NCBI GenBank assembly: GCA_000320545.1
Contig: ADNK01001725.1
Coordinates: 80,348 to 144,347, forward strand
Direction of reading: 5' to 3'
Length of the DNA stretch: 64,000 nt
DNA from: Bigelowiella natans CCMP2755
Taxonomy: Eukaryota > Protista > Cercozoa
Below, in pieces: positions 54,880 to 64,000 of the stretch. The notes beneath the pieces were generated by a model. It was not told the DNA's origin and made no database searches. It saw only the letters and a list, made by a program, of their open reading frames with translations. The number at the start of each line of letters is the position of its first letter. Position 1 is the stretch's first letter. The translations under genes were made by a program, and so were the position numbers.

Positions 54880-56229
54880 TCAATTTAAGATTTCATACTT
54901 CACTTTACGTAGCTCAGCATCGACTGGCACCCCAGGATATCTTGATATCCAAGCTCTAGCCTGCCTTATGGGAGCTATTAGATCTCCACCAAATTGCCTT
55001 GAACATACATTTCTACCATCAAGACTAAGCGTAAGAAGTTTATTTGTGCTTAGTCGAAGCTCAAACATACTGGTCCGCCCTATTGGAGTTGTGATATTTG
55101 AGATACAAAATGGATATTCATTCGCATAATTGACGACAACTGCTCCAGATGGCCTCACGTAAAGCAAAGGGAGGCTTCCTTGCGCATCAGATGCTCGATC
55201 TCCTTTCGCTAAGCCAATGGCCATAAATGGAACTGCTGTGTTGCCCTTACCGTTATTCGGATACGATTTTAACTTCATCTCAAAGCGAAGACGAAAAAAT
55301 CTATGAGTAGTAAACTGACTTCCAACGATAGTATCAGGTTTTACTTTAACAAATTTATTGGAGACTAGGGTGGTGATGGCAGGGGGTACAATTGGTGATG
55401 TTGGAAATTTCGTAGGCGTTGTTGATGGTTGGTTTTTATTCCCATTTGGATTGCCAAACAACTCTAAATCTGCAGGGCTTAGATTAAACAATTTGTCCCT
55501 TGAGTAGAAAACTTTCTTCTTCTTATTTACATCTCCAACCTTCTTCCCTACATTCTTTCCAGACACTGCAATACAGCTCACAAATAGTTGACCCTGCGTA
55601 GCTGCTTGCTGCCATAGCATTTGTATGATACAAACCTCATTCTGACACATGGTCCACTGGAACTTTCCAGTATCAATTTGATGTTTCGTAGTATACTTGC
55701 CAGCTTTTGCGTTTGGAGCACATTGATCTTTTGTTTGCACAATCATTTTTTCGCTCTTTGAACCAACGTAGCCCCAAACTTCGCAAGGCCCCGGGTGGTG
55801 CCATCCTGTAATTTCGAGAGAGTTCTTTTTATTACCAGTTGGGATAGGACGAATAGTAAGATCTGCAGCTCGTCCATCGTAGCCGCATCCCATTGTAGGG
55901 TTTTTGTCACTATTCTTTCCAAAATATTTCATAGCATAGTAGTATTTGGTATCATAGGCCATACGGCGAATGGAACCCTGTGTGTTGATGGTGGTCCGCA
56001 GTTTCTTTCTCGCCTCTTTCACACTGATCTCTCCACCAGGAAAGTTTTCCCATCGTGCACTTGCGTCTGGATTTCTGTCTAAAGACTTCCACCGCCCCAT
56101 CTTCACCTGCACGTGTGCATCAACGACTAAGATGCTTCTGATGGTGCTAAAGGGGGAGGATGAAGTGAAAGCTGCCAGGAAAAAGAAGACTGCAGTATTG
56201 CTTGATGATGGAAGCAGGGCCAAGGGCAT
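54880..56229 (-). CDS. Secreted AA17-like lytic polysaccharide monooxygenase candidate with P/T linker and C-terminal beta-rich (LamG/ConA-like) module; intronless
   Basis: The signal ends ...ILVVDA|H, leaving His1. Motifs GCG..P, GWHHPGPCEVW, DQC, C....C.IQMLW and QLFVSC match in order the oomycete AA17 pattern (H1; HxGPCExW; CxxxCxLxFxW; QxYxxC). Linker PSTTPTKFPTSPIVPP. Confidence 0.72.
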   Translation of the reverse strand: MPLALLPSSSNTAVFFFLAAFTSSSPFSTIRSILVVDAHVQVKMGRWKSLDRNPDASARWENFPGGEISVKEARKKLRTTINTQGSIRRMAYDTKYYYAMKYFGKNSDKNPTMGCGYDGRAADLTIRPIPTGNKKNSLEITGWHHPGPCEVWGYVGSKSEKMIVQTKDQCAPNAKAGKYTTKHQIDTGKFQWTMCQNEVCIIQMLWQQAATQGQLFVSCIAVSGKNVGKKVGDVNKKKKVFYSRDKLFNLSPADLELFGNPNGNKNQPSTTPTKFPTSPIVPPAITTLVSNKFVKVKPDTIVGSQFTTHRFFRLRFEMKLKSYPNNGKGNTAVPFMAIGLAKGDRASDAQGSLPLLYVRPSGAVVVNYANEYPFCISNITTPIGRTSMFELRLSTNKLLTLSLDGRNVCSRQFGGDLIAPIRQARAWISRYPGVPVDAELRKVKYEILN

Positions 56230-57262
56230 CGTATTTTTTAACAACGACGATTGTACAAGGGTAGTAGTAGTAGTAGCCGAGTGTGAGAGAAGTTATGAAA
56301 TAGCAGTGTAGTAGCCTGTAGCACCGAGAAGATGATGAACTGTGACAGCAGCAGCAGTTTGGGAGAAGAAGAAGAAGAAGCAGCATTTTGGAAGCAGCAC
56401 CCAGCAGGAAGAAGAAGAATAAGAAGAACAAGAGGAGAAACGGAGGAGCGTGCCGCTACGTAATTAGTCACTCCCCCTACTACGAGACACAGAGCTTGCT
56501 GCTGTGTCATCATTTCCCACGTGAACAGCAAGCCATGGCTATGAGCGACATGCGATTCCTGTCAACATCGGTCGCAAACACAGAATCATGTGATTCTTCT
56601 TCCACCTGACACTGGAATGGAAATCCAACGGTTTTGACTCATTTCAGGAGCAGCCAGCTGCAGCGCTGCTGGCTTCCAGAAGCCGTGACTGCGGAAGTGC
56701 GTACACAGGCTATTTGTTTCCAAATAAGCAGGATTGCCAAGTCGCTTCTCGGCCATTCGGCTTCGCCAGTATTAAGCCCACAGCTTGGCAACAGCACGTG
56801 GGAGAACACACGCGCTAGGCGCGTGAACCAAACACGTTTAGGAGAAATTGAAGCTGACACGACAGGTACGACAGAAGATGTAGGTTCTGCTGTGTGTGTG
56901 TGTGTGAGGGAGAGAGAGAGAGAGGAGAAAGCTAGCTCTGCTAGATCTACACTCACTTCACATCATCTTTCTCCCATTTGAAGGAGCGTGCTTCTTGCCT
57001 GCTTGAACAGACAACTTCGACTTGACATTATTCTCCACATGCACAGGAGGAGAAACAATGTCTGCACCGGTTGATAAATAAGTAGTTAGTCCCGGTTGTT
57101 TTCTTTGTCGTTTAATTGAATTCAATGCTATTAATACATGTACGACTAGATTTGTTATGTTACGAAATAGATTCGCATGTTTCGCCGTAAGATTTTTATC
57201 TAATTGGAATCCGAGGAAATTGCCTTAGATTCCGTGAATGGCAGCACCGGCGACACATACCC

Positions 57263-58320
57263 ATGCGTCGTTCGATTCTCTCTTATCATGGCAAAAATGA
57301 AATGATTAGGGCACGCACGATCCATCGGTTCCTCAACAGAACTCCAATTATTCCGCTATTGTGCTTTAGCTGCGTCTTGTTGATAATTGGAGTTGGCGGA
57401 GGAGATGGGGCATCCTTGAAGACCAAATCAAAAAGAAGTTTTGTGGCTGCGCTGTTATCACCAAAAGAACAACCTGCACCAGCGAAATCTTATTTGGGTC
57501 ATGGACTGAGACGTCGCTTTAATACCTATGACCACCATGGCCCAAATTTCGAGTTCACCACTGACAGCCACCATCATCATCACTATCGTCACCCTAACCA
57601 TGGTCAACTCCTCAATGCTATTTCTCCGGAAACAAAAGCTGATTTCCGCCGGTTTAGAGGAGGTACTTCGAACACAGTCACAGAAGATTCTGAGGATGCG
57701 ATCCCTGAAGATGAAGATGAAGAACCTCCAAAAGTTTTCGATGGGGTAGTAGTAAATTCGTAAGAAATTGCGACTCCGTAATAGTATTATCTGTGCTCCT
57801 TGGCAGTATGACCACTGTCTATGATAACCACGATGACGCATTGTTCCTTTTCACATGGTAGTTTTGCTTATTGATGTTGGTTATCAATTCAGAAAGTGAT
57901 TCCTGAGGAATATGTAGGAGAGGACGATCCAGGTGTAGTAATAACTCCTGATTTTAATATACGAGTAGTAGTAGTCCAATCTGTGAAGCACGAACCTGCT
58001 GTGACCTATTCTGAAGAACAATTGTCATATGTTTTGACTACTCACCGACATTGTGGTGCTAAAATTGAACAAAAATAGATTCTGATGAAGATGCAGAGGC
58101 CACCAAAGACAGAGAAGCAAAGGTGGTAGAAGGGAATGATTCCAAAGTTGTTTGATATATCTAGTCTCCTCTACTCTATTTCTCCGCTCATTTATCCCTT
58201 TATGCTAATTGTAATCTGCATTATTACCAACTCCAGAGACTTAAAGAAGAAGAGACAGAAAATCAGGATAAACAGAAAGATGGGTTTGTATATTTAGCAG
58301 GACAACTTGTTGTAGTAGTC

Positions 58321-58352
<32 letters not shown>

Positions 58353-58953
58353 CGTAGTAGTAGAGCAGTAGAGCAGTAGTAGTAGTAGTAGTAGCAGCAG
58401 CAGCAGCAGTGGCAGCAGAAATGGTGATCTTTTGTCAGATGCCAACTAGTGTTTGATCTGTTGCTCTTTGAATGAACGAGCAGGCTATTCTACAACTTTA
58501 CCTCAAATCCAGACCAGGTTGTGCAAATATGATGAGTCAAGGAAAGTTCATCTTTAAATCAATGTTCTTAATCATTATAGGAACAGGCTATAGTTTATGC
58601 AGCTCTATTTCTACACCAAGAAAAACAAAACGTCACAGGTTGCTGATGGTGTACAGTGAGACAGAGAGGGGTGGGTTATGAGCGGGGGGCAGGAGGGAGA
58701 GAGGGAACAAAAGAGAGAGAAAGAGAGATGTCACGAGCATATCGATTTGTATGTTGTTTACAAGATTTTTCCGCCACTATATTTGATTAATTTAGCCGAA
58801 AAGATCTTCGATATATGCAAAGCAGCTACTCACGGGAGGGTGGAAGTGCCGGTATAATAGTAGAAGGAGTAAGTAGCACTAGATTTCGTATTATCGCAAC
58901 AATGATTGCAATCAGGAGCTGTAGTTCTGTACTAGTAATGCTGATGTATGTTA

Positions 58954-58984
<31 letters not shown>

Positions 58985-59016
58985 CGCAGCAGCAGCAGTA
59001 GCAGTAGTAGTAGAAA

Positions 59017-59081
<65 letters not shown>

Positions 59082-59557
59082 CGTCGTGCTCCACTATCTC
59101 TTCATATTAGATGGCTTGTTTCCTTACTGTTATTTGATATCTGGTTTGTTGCTACATCTAGTATTGGCTCTGTATGTCATATGCAGAAACCTTTCAGAAT
59201 CAACGGAACATCGATGATTTAATGTACAGCATCCATTTACAGATAATGAGCTAATTGATTTTGTGCCTCGAAGAGAACATCATCGCATTTGTACTGTTAT
59301 TATAACTACTGCTGCTGCTACTACTACAACATCAACAAGTGCGGTAGTCATTGTGATATTATTCTGTTGCCTTTCTGACCACCTATCTTTCTTTCTCTGC
59401 TCTTTCCTTTTTAATTGCATTCTCTAACAGCTACCATAATTGGAGATATGATATGGTGAGATTACAAAAGCATTAAGTAGCTGTTACGCACAATATTATT
59501 ATGATCATAAAATTGTATCAATAAATTTATGGGTCGTTACACACACACACACACACA

Positions 59558-59599
<42 letters not shown>

Positions 59600-60118
59600 T
59601 ATATTTATATATGAATGTGTGTGTGTGTGTGTCAAAAGAATATTTAAAGTTGATGCTGTTATTGGTTTTTCCTGCCATTACTTGATCTTCGGTTCTCATC
59701 GATTAGAGTGGACGTTTGATACCGGGCTTAGGAGTCGGTTGTGGAGCTGCCAATCAGGTGGTAACCCACAGACGTAGTTTGAGAATCCGACACTTCCAGC
59801 TCTAGCAGTTTGTATAGAGGCTAAATGCTGCCTGTCTGACGACGACATTGATTGATTTCAGGGACGCATCGGTGTACATGATGAGCCTGGTAGTGCTGTG
59901 GGAGCGGGGGCAGGGGCCACAGGAGCAGGAGAAAAGACAGAAGCAAAAGGCAAGGCGAAACCTGAAGAAAAAGAGAAAGAGGAGGAACAGGTATAATGAG
60001 AGTCGGAGCTATGGTGAATAATGATGTTGATATTGTGTCTGATACTCCTTGGAACACACTTATCTTAATACAGGATGAAGAAGACGAGGAGGAGGCAGAG
60101 TTCGATCTCTTTGATTGA
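57263..60118 (+). CDS. RPLP1: 60S acidic ribosomal stalk protein P1-like, with long N-terminal signal peptide plus transit-like and acidic leader, 11 exons
   Basis: Phase-consistent exons: 57263-57745, 57893-57932, 58079-58122, 58237-58283, 58484-58517, 58581-58638, 58796-58851, 59162-59223, 59431-59455, 59862-59990, 60074-60118. P1 core EQAIVYAALFLHQEKQNVTAEKIFDICKAATHGRVEVPYWLCMSYAETFQNQRNIDDLI; hinge GAGAGATGAG; acidic tail EEEQDEEDEEEAEFDLFD*. Confidence 0.82.
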
Positions 60119-60156
60119 AATGTGCATCAAATTAGCATTGTGTGAGTAGAATCTAC

Positions 60157-62021
60157 TTGAATGAAGCAGAAATCAGCAAAATTCCACGTCGTCTGTCATG
60201 CAAAAACATGCTGCAGCCATGTTCATGCGTGCATCGATCTCATGTGCCGTGTGCGTTCATTGGCAATGTGTGCGAACATGTCCGAAACACTTTCATTCGC
60301 TAGCAGTTCGTGGCGCACGCCTGATTGTTGTGTCTGGCAGAATCGCATCATGTCTAGCTGGGTGTGCGTGTTGATCGATGCGCCCAGTGTCACAGCGCGG
60401 CCAGGTGCCGCTGTTGCAAGCTTGCGCTTGCTCCCGTTTCGTGTGTGCATCGCAACACCAGCATGCCACTGGTGGCCCAAACTCCAGAAACTAGGCAATT
60501 GCAGCCCTGTCCGGCGCCGCGCAAATGGCTGATGATGCAGTGCACCACCCAAGGAGTTTGGCAATGCGCGTCACTTCTGAACTCCTGTGCACCAGACAGG
60601 CACTGCGCACGAAAGCAAGTCGTTTTGGGCTGCTTGCCAAGATCAGAATGCAGTTGGGCGGGAAAAAATGAAAGTCGAGATGGATCGATGTCGCGATGAA
60701 TTGTTGATGAACCCACACGTGCGCTTGGCGCTGCAAAAGCACGCGTCCAAGTCTGCTGTGCACAGGGAGCCCTGTCAATGGCACTCGAAACGTCATCAGT
60801 TCGAACAACGAGCTTGATGTGGAAAGTCGAGCAGACAGAGGGGCCAGCCCGAGCTAGCCCCCCATCTCGACTTTTTCAGTGCGTCACCTCAACGTTGCGA
60901 TGACGTGGGCGAGTGTTGCGTGGGCCTGCGATGCACGTTCACACTCATTGTGTCAACATGCAAGCAATGCAACTCCAATCACAACGCACAGCATGGCTTC
61001 TGGAACAATTCCTGACTTTTTCTTGTTTTTCCCCCAAAAATTGTCGTCACCTGCGTGCCGATCTTGGCAACCAGCCTTTTGACAAGGGAACCAGCTGAGA
61101 TTATGCAGAGCACAATGCTGGAGACCGCACGTCAAAAAAATCAAAATTGCAAAAGTTCACCAAGGTTCTCAGACTTCGAGCGCAGCCGGCAGCGTGTGCT
61201 GGAGCGGCCGGCTGCGACGTGTGTGCGCCACGGTTGAGCAGCGGTCCGACTCGAATGACAACGTTGTGAACAGTTCGAACGAATTGAACCTGAACCAGTC
61301 AAGTCTGGAATTGGCTTTGACATCGTCAGCTGCGGTGCAGCTCACAGACGGCACGATTCCGCCTTGGAAAACGAGCCAAGTCGGAGAAAAACGTCTCCAC
61401 GTCTCCACCGAGGTCGCTGTGAGAAACTCACTCAACGCGAGAATCACAATGAAGAAAGAAAGAAAGATGGAATTTTTTCCATGGAAAGGGTCACGAGGCA
61501 CGCTGACTCACCCATGCCAGCGTGTCCTCCTCAATCGATCTCCAAACAAAGAGGGTTTGTTTCACGCGGCGACGGCAATGAACAACGAACAATGAACAAT
61601 GAACAATGAACAATGATGATGAACTGCATTTCCAAAATGCAACAAGAACAATGAACAATGATGAAAAACTTCACCTCCAAAGTGTGACAAGACACTTGCA
61701 ATGTGCGAAGTGCAGTGCGCCTCGAACTGGCTTCGAGGACTGACGCAAGCTAGCGGGGTTCTCATGCAAATTCGCACGAACTGAACATTGAATGCATCAC
61801 AACTGACAATGAACAATGAACAATGAAGAAAGCGTTGATCAAATCCACATGCGCCAGAACCACATGGGAGACAGGCGTCTGACAGCCAAGTGATGACGAC
61901 GACGCAAAGCACGGCAGTTGGAGGGAAACAACGAGTCACGTCAGAATCTGCCACGGTGGCTTCAGACAGATGAAATGCATTCTCAATTTGGACTGCGACA
62001 TCCACAAAACACACAGATGAT
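60157..62021. other. Near-complete TpA desert filling an intergenic spacer, with CTAG exempt
   Basis: Manual scan found TpA only in CTAG at 60300, 60354, 60491, 60854 and 61750, plus one TTAT at 61101. The six-frame ORFs lying within it contain no Tyr. Confidence 0.92.
61577..61826 (+). repeat. (AACAATG)n heptamer arrays
   Basis: Arrays at ~61577-61616, ~61647-61661 and ~61806-61826, including one AACAACG variant. Confidence 0.85.
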
Positions 62022-62197
62022 CTAAATGATCCGAATTTGCCGAGTGGATCTTGGGGTACCTCACATTTTTCCGAATCCCGTTCCTCCTCTTCCTGCGATG
62101 TTCATTGACTGCAACTGACATCAAAAAGTGGTGAGTACCAGACCAAAAAAATAGGAAAGTTTACAATGAGCAGATGCATAGATAAGCTACTATTCTT

Positions 62198-62232
<35 letters not shown>

Positions 62233-62634
62233 ATTGCTGTTTTTGCTGCTGCTGCGGCATCATCGATGAACTAACCAACAAAACGAATCAAATTAAAACC
62301 AAGAGGAAGAAAGCAACATCCACTATGGAAATCACTTCGGTGTACTACCAACATAGCTGCTGGGAAGTCAATGGCAGAATAACTAACTAACTAACTAAAG
62401 GAAGAAGACGATCAATCCTCCCTTCTCAAGAACGAAGCCAACTATTAATGAATGTGAGGGCAGCAGCACCACCTGCTACTGCAAGGACGACTCATCCCAC
62501 CCTTGGCTAAGCAATGCTCGCAATTCCTTGAAAGCAGACAGGAAAAGCTAAGGAGGTGTGTTCTAGATAATCTTCATAATGACGTACAGACCGAATCTCT
62601 GTGATCAGAAATTCTCTTTTTTTTTGCCAGGCAC

Positions 62635-64000
62635 ATGCCTCGTTCTGATGGACTCCCCCCACCTATGCTCGGCGGTTCCAGTCAAGGTATTCCGATCAGA
62701 AATGACCTGAAAGAGCATGCTGAACCTACAATCAGTAGAAGCGAAGGGGCCAATGCTGCCTCAGCGACTGCTCTCTTGGGTTCCTCCTTAAAATCTGCTC
62801 ACTCGTTTCGAAGTTATGGAAGTGTGGGTAGTCACCAGTTTGGAGAAAATGGTATCAACGATGCAGATTCAGATTCAGATGGAGAAAAGTCATCCAAAAT
62901 AAGGGCTATTGGCCTCGAACCGGGAATGCTTGAAGTATCTCAAAGGCATACGGAATTAGTTGTCCGCCCATTAGTTTCGACTCCCACAATGCAACGCGTC
63001 TTTTCGCGTGTAGAGCCAGGATCTCTACGTGGATCTATTTTCACACTCTCATCGTCAGCTATAGGGGCTGGGCTCCTTTCGCTGCCTTTACTAATGAGAA
63101 ATGCAGGAATGATGTTAGGCTTTACACTTATTGTAATTGGCGCGGTTTTAGCTCTCTTTTCGCTGAATATGCTCCTTGATACAGCCGACGTGATATTGAC
63201 ACTCCGGAGACACGGGGGAGGGAGTAAAATGGGCCGGTCCATAGGTTATTCAGAGTTGGTTACAGAAACGCTGGGTGAAAGTGCTGGAATCATACTGGAA
63301 GTTATGCTAGTTCTTTATTCTTTCGGGACTATCATCGGTTACCTTCTGGTACTAAATAATATATAATAGCAATACAAGATCGAATAACTATCATCTAGCT
63401 CTCATACAATTCAGAGAGGGGGGAGGGGGGTATGAACAAAGTATAATCTGAGCTACGTTAATAACATACATGGTTAGCATAACAGACGTGACTTCTAATA
63501 GAGGATCTTTGATATTTCTGTCTAATGCATCATTTGAACAACGTTGTTCCTTCGTTCTCTTTATGTTTGGTGTATTGTTTATGGTGCAGGTCATAGGAAA
63601 GACAGTCGAATCTACGTGCAATATATTCGAGATTCATTTACCATATCCAGATCAATCTCCACTAATCCTAGCATCTTTGGCTTCGTTGCCTCTAGCTTTG
63701 TTTCAAGACATAAGCTCTCTTGCCATGTCCAGCCTCTTGAGTAAGCAGCCGCCATGTTCCACCTCTGATGATGAAACTAGTAACAACTTGTAGAAGTACG
63801 GGGGGGGGGGGGCTGGCATGAACGAGAAAGAATACGTGATAAGGATTTTTGTCATGCTAGTACATACAGGCATGCATTTAGTGCAATCCAGTCATTATTC
63901 TTATAAAAGCATTATCCGGTTGTTTATTTGTTTGTTGTTCTTCATGTATACTATTCTCTTGTTCCTCCTTCTTTCGATAATACGACTGCAGGCATATTCG
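62635..64000 (+). CDS. Amino acid transporter (Aa_trans / SLC38-AVT family), runs off the window end
   Basis: GSLRGSIFTLSSSAIGAGLLSLPLLMRNAGMMLGFTLIVIGAVLA...GYSELVTETLG...VLYSFGTIIGYLL | VIGKTVES...SLPLALFQDISSLAMSSLL. A probable upstream (5'UTR) intron spans 62131-62630. Confidence 0.9.

Larger units (their letters stand above)
1..64000. repeat. Pervasive simple sequence repeats: (TAG/CTA)n, (CAT/ATG)n, (CAA)n, (CAG)n, (GAG)n, (GAA)n, (AG)n, (AC)n, (AT)n and compound arrays
   Basis: For example 82-116 (TC)n, 2704-2956 compound (TC)(TG)...(AT)(TG)(AG), 10663-10729 (AT)(AG), 29352-29398 (AAC)n. They occur in most introns and in low-complexity exons. Confidence 0.98.

Noticed and set aside
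4527-56229. Biosynthetic gene cluster (PSY, GATase, methyltransferase, 2OG oxygenase)
   Set aside because: The genes are interspersed with unrelated loci, the SET protein is a protein methyltransferase, and no shared pathway can be supported.
59224-59242. 19-nt GT...AG nucleomorph-sized intron
   Set aside because: Removing it creates an immediate stop (ATA TAA); the acceptor at 59430 gives an open, phase-consistent frame.
60157-62021. CpG-methylation decay or fungal RIP as the explanation of the TG/CA excess
   Set aside because: CpG is plentiful and TpA is lost rather than gained.
60161-62124. Dense overlapping Cys/His-rich ORFs as genes or a transposon
   Set aside because: Loss of TpA removes TAA/TAG stops and Tyr codons, which inflates ORFs in all frames; no recognisable domain, TIR or LTR.
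1-64000. rRNA, tRNA or telomeric arrays
   Set aside because: None recognised by eye; tRNAscan-SE or Infernal would be needed to exclude small RNAs.

Overview
Eukaryotic nuclear DNA. It is gene-dense, with many short GT-AG introns and very abundant di- and trinucleotide microsatellites. Most short ORFs in the supplied track are microsatellite artefacts. Genes reconstructed by hand-splicing: a low-complexity coiled-coil protein (-); a bacterial-like class I glutamine amidotransferase (-, 15 exons) head-to-head with a 17-exon phytoene synthase carrying a bipartite plastid presequence (+); a large low-complexity protein with a Cys/His C-terminus (-); an intronless small heat-shock protein with a presequence and upstream HSE (+); two poorly resolved or degenerate genes (WD40-like fragment; EF-hand); a Rubisco-LSMT/SETD3-type methyltransferase with apparently two SET modules (-); an IPNS-family 2OG-Fe(II) oxygenase (+); an intronless secreted AA17-like LPMO (-); a ribosomal P1 protein with signal peptide plus transit-like leader (+); and a truncated Aa_trans amino-acid transporter (+). 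The presequences point to an alga with a secondary plastid; a chlorarachniophyte is my inference, not proven. The most striking unexplained signal is a set of intergenic 'TpA deserts'. In 60157-62021 I count by eye only 6 TpA in about 1.86 kb, 5 of them inside CTAG, while CpG is retained. This suggests a localized, context-specific TA->TG/CA/CG mutagenic process, the reverse of fungal RIP. All exon coordinates and counts are manual and need computational confirmation.
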